NCBI GenBank assembly: GCA_040770465.1
Contig: JAXGJB010000023.1
Coordinates: 1-40,360, forward strand
DNA: 40,360 nt
Direction: 5' to 3'
Source: Methanothrix sp.
GTDB taxonomy: Archaea; Halobacteriota; Methanosarcinia; Methanotrichales; Methanotrichaceae
Notes under the pieces: model-generated
Databases searched by the model: none
Told to the model about the DNA's origin: nothing
What the model saw: only the letters and a program-made list of their open reading frames with translations
Made by a program: the position numbers and the translations under genes
Shown: positions 36,402-40,360 of the stretch, piece by piece
Layout: each line of letters starts with the position of its first letter
Position numbering within the stretch: position 1 is the first letter of the stretch

Positions 36402-37835
36402 ATGAAAGAATACGACCTCATCGTCGTCGGTTCCGGCGCAGGGATGATCATCGCATCGCGGGGGGTCAGGGCGAAGATGAAGGTCGCCCTGGTGGACGCC
36501 GGCCCCATGGGCGGGACCTGTCTCAACAGCGGCTGCATCCCATCGAAGGTGCTCATCTACCCGGCGGATGTGATCAGGGCCATCGAGGCGGCGAGGGCCG
36601 TGGGGGTGGAGGCCCGAGTCGAGAGGATCGACTTCGACCTGATAATGAGGCGGATGCATTCGGTCGTCGACGAGGGGAGGCGCGGTATGGAGCGGTCCGC
36701 CGCAGCGACCGAGAACCTCGACTGGTTCAGGAGCTGGGGAGAGTTCGTCGGGGACCGGATGATCAAAATCGGCGATGAAACGATCACCGCCCCCAATATC
36801 TTCATCGGCTCGGGGGCGAGGGCGGCGGTTCCGCCGATACCGGGGCTTGTGGATGCTGGCTACATCGACAACGTCTCGGTCTTCGCCCTGAAGCGCCTTC
36901 CAGAGAGCCTGACGATCCTCGGCGGGGGGTACATCGGATGCGAGTACGGCCACTTCTTCTCGGCGATGGGAACCGAGGTGACGATCATTGGAAGAAGCCC
37001 TCGACTTTTGAGCAATGAGGACCCGGAGATCTCCGAGATCGTCGAAAAAAGGCTCAGAGAGGTGATCGACGTCAGGACCGGCCACGAGGCCGTGAAGGTC
37101 GAACGGAGAGGGGAGAAGAAGGTCGTCTCTGCCCTCGACCTGGAAACCGACGAGGTCCGGGAGTTTGCGGCCGAGGAGGTGATGGTCGCCCTGGGAAGAA
37201 GATCCAATTCCGACATCCTCAAGCCCGAGAAGACCGGCGTCCAGCTCGACCGCCACGGCTGGATCGTCGTCGACGAATATCTGGAGACGACGAGGCCCGG
37301 CATCTTTGCCTTCGGGGACGCCATCGGAAAATACATGTTCAGGCACGCCGCGAACCGCGAGGCCCGGATCGCCTGGAAGAACGCCTTCGCCGAAGATGGG
37401 GATGGAACGAAAGGGAAGGTGGAGAAGGTGAAGGTCGACCGTCACGCCGTCCCCCATGCCATCTACACATATCCGCAGGTCGGAGCCGTCGGGATGACCG
37501 AGGCGGAGGCGTTGGCTGCGGGATACAAGATCCTGGTTGGGAGGGCGAATTACGGGGACGTGGCCAAGGGGCACGCCATGGCCGAGGAGGAGAGCCTGGT
37601 AAAGGTGGTCGTCCAGCAGGAGACCGGCCGGATTCTTGGGTGCTCGATCGTCGGGACCGAGGCCCCGGAGCTGGCCCAGCAGGTCGTCTATCTGATGAAC
37701 GCCGGGCGTCAGGACGTCGGCCCGGTGGCGAGGTCGATGGTGATTCACCCGGCGCTGAGCGAGGTCGTCGCCCGGGCCTTCGCCAACCTCATGCCGCCGA
37801 AGGAGGACATAGTCGGACCCAGTCCGACGGAATAA
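36402..37835 (+). CDS. Class I pyridine nucleotide-disulfide oxidoreductase (Lpd/mycothione reductase-like)
   Basis: GSGAG, GGTCLNSGCIPSK, GGGYIGCE, FAFGD and IHPALSEVV motifs; no MerA-type C-terminal Cys pair. Confidence 0.88.
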   Translation: MKEYDLIVVGSGAGMIIASRGVRAKMKVALVDAGPMGGTCLNSGCIPSKVLIYPADVIRAIEAARAVGVEARVERIDFDLIMRRMHSVVDEGRRGMERSAAATENLDWFRSWGEFVGDRMIKIGDETITAPNIFIGSGARAAVPPIPGLVDAGYIDNVSVFALKRLPESLTILGGGYIGCEYGHFFSAMGTEVTIIGRSPRLLSNEDPEISEIVEKRLREVIDVRTGHEAVKVERRGEKKVVSALDLETDEVREFAAEEVMVALGRRSNSDILKPEKTGVQLDRHGWIVVDEYLETTRPGIFAFGDAIGKYMFRHAANREARIAWKNAFAEDGDGTKGKVEKVKVDRHAVPHAIYTYPQVGAVGMTEAEALAAGYKILVGRANYGDVAKGHAMAEEESLVKVVVQQETGRILGCSIVGTEAPELAQQVVYLMNAGRQDVGPVARSMVIHPALSEVVARAFANLMPPKEDIVGPSPTE

Positions 37836-37851
37836 TCTGACGGACGGCCGG

Positions 37852-38325
37852 ATGGAGAAGATGAACGAGTTTCTGGCTCTCGCCCTGGAGGAGGCGAGGG
37901 AGGGGATCGAGAACGACGACGGCGGCCCCTTCGGTGCGGTCATCGTCCTTGACGGAAAGGTCGTCTCGCGGGCCCACAACGAGGTCCTGAAGCGAAACGA
38001 CCCCACCGCTCACGCCGAGATCCTGGCGATCCGGGAGGCCTCCTCGATCCTGGGGCGTTACGACCTCTCTACTTGCGAGATCTACTCCACCTCCGAGCCC
38101 TGCCCCATGTGCTTTGCCGCCATATTCTGGGCGAGGATCAAAAGGCTTGTCTTCGGGACGACGAGGGAGGAGGTGGCCGAGATCGGCTTTGACGACAGCC
38201 TCATCTACGATGTCATTCGGGGCGAGGCGGAGTTGGAGGAGATGGAGCTTGTGAGCCTCGATCGGGAGGGGTGCCGGGAGGTTCTGGAGGAGTGGAGGAG
38301 AAAGCCGGGGCGGAGGGTGTACTGA
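37852..38325 (+). CDS. Nucleoside/guanine deaminase (cytidine deaminase superfamily)
   Basis: GGPFGAVIV, DPTAHAE, EPCPMC and GFDDxxIY motifs. Confidence 0.88.
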   Translation: MEKMNEFLALALEEAREGIENDDGGPFGAVIVLDGKVVSRAHNEVLKRNDPTAHAEILAIREASSILGRYDLSTCEIYSTSEPCPMCFAAIFWARIKRLVFGTTREEVAEIGFDDSLIYDVIRGEAELEEMELVSLDREGCREVLEEWRRKPGRRVY

Positions 38326-38482
38326 TTATTATACATTAAGATATGTAATTTTGACGATAATATGGGGCAAAGGCATAAGCCCGCCAGCTTCCAAGAAATA
38401 ACTAAAATCAGGAGTGGCAACATCAAAGTGAAACTGGGTCGAATTTGGATGAGGGGGCTAAAGGCAGATTAGGAGATATTAT

Positions 38483-39244
38483 ATGAAAATTTTTGAAGTT
38501 ACAATTCCTCGTAGATTGCTTTGTAAATGGCCCGAAGGTGAAGAAGTCAGACTTCTGGGTTGTAGGTTCAAAGGAGGAAGTTCCGAACTCGATCTCATCG
38601 TTCAGATCGAAGTAGAGGCAAATAACGAGGAAGAAGCTATACAATTCGGACTTGAAAAGTCTGAAGATGCAATTAATCTGTTTCAGTTTTGCGCAGATCT
38701 TGATGTTTATAAGGATTCAACACAAGTTACTATTCGTGAAAAAGGCTCATCGGTTTCAACAGGAGTAGTTACGCTTAGTATGGGTGCGTTTCTTGCCTCC
38801 TATGAACCCTTGCCTGCTCGATATTTATCGAATATAAATAAAGCACAAATCACGATTGATTCGGAAAACGATGTGGTGAAAAAAGAATCACTAATGCGTG
38901 TGGTTCACTGGTATGCACGCGGGCGTAGGGAAAAAGAGAGTAAGATCGACCGGTTTTTGATGTTTTGGATTGCCCTAGAAATTCTAGTAGATGGCAGAGG
39001 CGATAAGGTTATACGTAAAATCAAATCTCATATTATTCCAATTTATCCAGATATCGATGAAAATAAAATTGCTGAAGTGATTGGTCGGATATATGGTATG
39101 AGGGGAAATATCGTACATCAGGGAGTTAGACAACCTGACAACCTCGATGAGAAACTAAAGCAGTTAGAAAACATATTTTCAGACATATTAATAGCGCGGC
39201 TCGGAATCACTCCAAAATATACGTCCAAATCCTACTTCGATTAG
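38483..39244 (+). CDS. AT-rich HEPN-domain protein (ApeA/MauJ-like)
   Basis: Helical C-terminal domain with RFLMFWIALEIL and the RX4H motif RGNIVH(QG); AGGAG RBS. Confidence 0.72.
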   Translation: MKIFEVTIPRRLLCKWPEGEEVRLLGCRFKGGSSELDLIVQIEVEANNEEEAIQFGLEKSEDAINLFQFCADLDVYKDSTQVTIREKGSSVSTGVVTLSMGAFLASYEPLPARYLSNINKAQITIDSENDVVKKESLMRVVHWYARGRREKESKIDRFLMFWIALEILVDGRGDKVIRKIKSHIIPIYPDIDENKIAEVIGRIYGMRGNIVHQGVRQPDNLDEKLKQLENIFSDILIARLGITPKYTSKSYFD

Positions 39245-39400
39245 AATCGCAAATATTGGAGATATGGGTCTGGATCGAATCCTAGATCACCTTAAGCAAG
39301 TAAAATCGAACCAAATCAGTATATGATCCATCTTGTCCACTTTTCAAACATCACCTTCTCTGCGGAAATCCTGATATAAGCAGCTTGAAAGCTATATTTC

Positions 39401-40207
39401 ATGGCCGATCCCTACGTCCACGGCTACCACCCGAGGGAGAGCACCCGGCTCCAGGACCAGGCCGCCACCCTCGTCGACCTCCTCCACTCCGACACCTCCT
39501 ACCCGCCGGGGTCTCTCGTCCTGGAAGCGGGCTGCGGCGTCGGCGCCCAGACCGTCCCCCTCGCCAAAAACAGCCCCGGAGCGAAGATAATCGCCCTCGA
39601 CATCTCCCGATCCTCCGCCGCCGAGGCGAGGGGGAAGACCGAGGCGGCGGGCCTCGCTAACGTCCGGGTCCTCCAGGGGGACATCCTCCACCTCCCCTTC
39701 CGGAAGGAAAGCTTCGACCACCTCTTCATCTGCTTCGTTTTGGAACATCTTCCGAGGCCCGTCGAGGCCCTCTCGATACTCAAGGAGTTCATAAAGCCCG
39801 GCGGGACGATCACGGCGATCGAGGGAGACCACGGCTCCGCCTACTTCCACCCCGACAGCCTCGCGGCCCGGCGGGCGATCGACTGCCAGGTGAGGCTCCA
39901 GAAGCGGGCGGGCGGAAACGCCATGATCGGCCGGGAGCTTTACCCCCTCCTCACCAGGGCGGGATTCGCCGACGTGTCTGTATCGCCCCGGATGGTCTAC
40001 GCCGACGGGTCCAGGCCCCACATGGCGGATGGGTTCACCAGGAAGACCTTCACCGCCATGATCGAGGGGGTCCGGGATGCGGCCCTGGCGGCAAGGATGA
40101 TGGAGGCGTCCGAGTTCGATTCAGGGGTCCGTGACCTTTACAGTACCGCTGAGGAGGACGGGGTCTTCTGCTACACCTTCTTCAAAGCAACCGGAAAGAA
40201 CGGATGA
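39401..40207 (+). CDS. Class I SAM-dependent methyltransferase
   Basis: VLEAGCGVG, LPF..ESFD, CFVLEHL and KPGG motifs. Confidence 0.88.
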   Translation: MADPYVHGYHPRESTRLQDQAATLVDLLHSDTSYPPGSLVLEAGCGVGAQTVPLAKNSPGAKIIALDISRSSAAEARGKTEAAGLANVRVLQGDILHLPFRKESFDHLFICFVLEHLPRPVEALSILKEFIKPGGTITAIEGDHGSAYFHPDSLAARRAIDCQVRLQKRAGGNAMIGRELYPLLTRAGFADVSVSPRMVYADGSRPHMADGFTRKTFTAMIEGVRDAALAARMMEASEFDSGVRDLYSTAEEDGVFCYTFFKATGKNG

Positions 40208-40303
40208 GAAGGATGGGCCGAGCCGGTCCGATCGCTCAAATCCATGAGCCGAAAGGTCGAAAGGTCGAAAAGATAATTAGCCCCACAGTCCCACATCATT
40301 CTC

Positions 40304-40360
40304 ATGATCCGAAACTCCCGCCTCATCCTCGCCCTGGACGTCCTCTCCAGGGACAAAGCC
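40304..40360 (+). CDS. pyrF: Orotidine-5'-phosphate decarboxylase, first 19 codons (runs off the window end)
   Basis: MIRNSRLILALDVLSRDKA. RLILALD is the typical OMP decarboxylase N-terminal strand, but only 19 aa are visible. Confidence 0.65.
   Translation, partial: MIRNSRLILALDVLSRDKA

Noticed and set aside
36402-37835. Mercuric reductase (merA) call suggested by the heavy-metal neighbourhood
   Set aside because: There is no C-terminal Cys-Cys pair and no N-terminal HMA domain.

Overview
GC-rich archaeal chromosome segment. Gene content and style point to a methanogen of the Methanosarcinales/Methanotrichales (Methanothrix-like); this is inferred, not searched. Core genes: porG-porD-porA' (minus strand), a PIN-ATPase-KH (PINA-type) protein, DUF63, psmB-fttA(aCPSF1), two HTH regulators with an ASH-Ski2 helicase, a HemK2 methyltransferase, a TRAM protein, a LolCDE/MacB-type ABC exporter, ADH synthase, SIMPL, PAC2-DUF473 and the start of pyrF. 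Less-explained parts: (i) a divergent cell-envelope locus (12.0-19.3 kb) built around a membrane-anchored HTH protein whose extracellular domain is also encoded as a separate secreted paralog; (ii) an AT-rich TPR+2TM gene between a frameshifted MNT gene and an aminotransferase stub; (iii) a methanoredoxin-FDR-CopA-YHS-disulfide reductase redox/copper cluster; (iv) an AT-rich stand-alone HEPN gene; (v) several structured intergenic repeats. I saw no tRNA, rRNA, CRISPR array or transposase. All calls come from motif recognition by eye.
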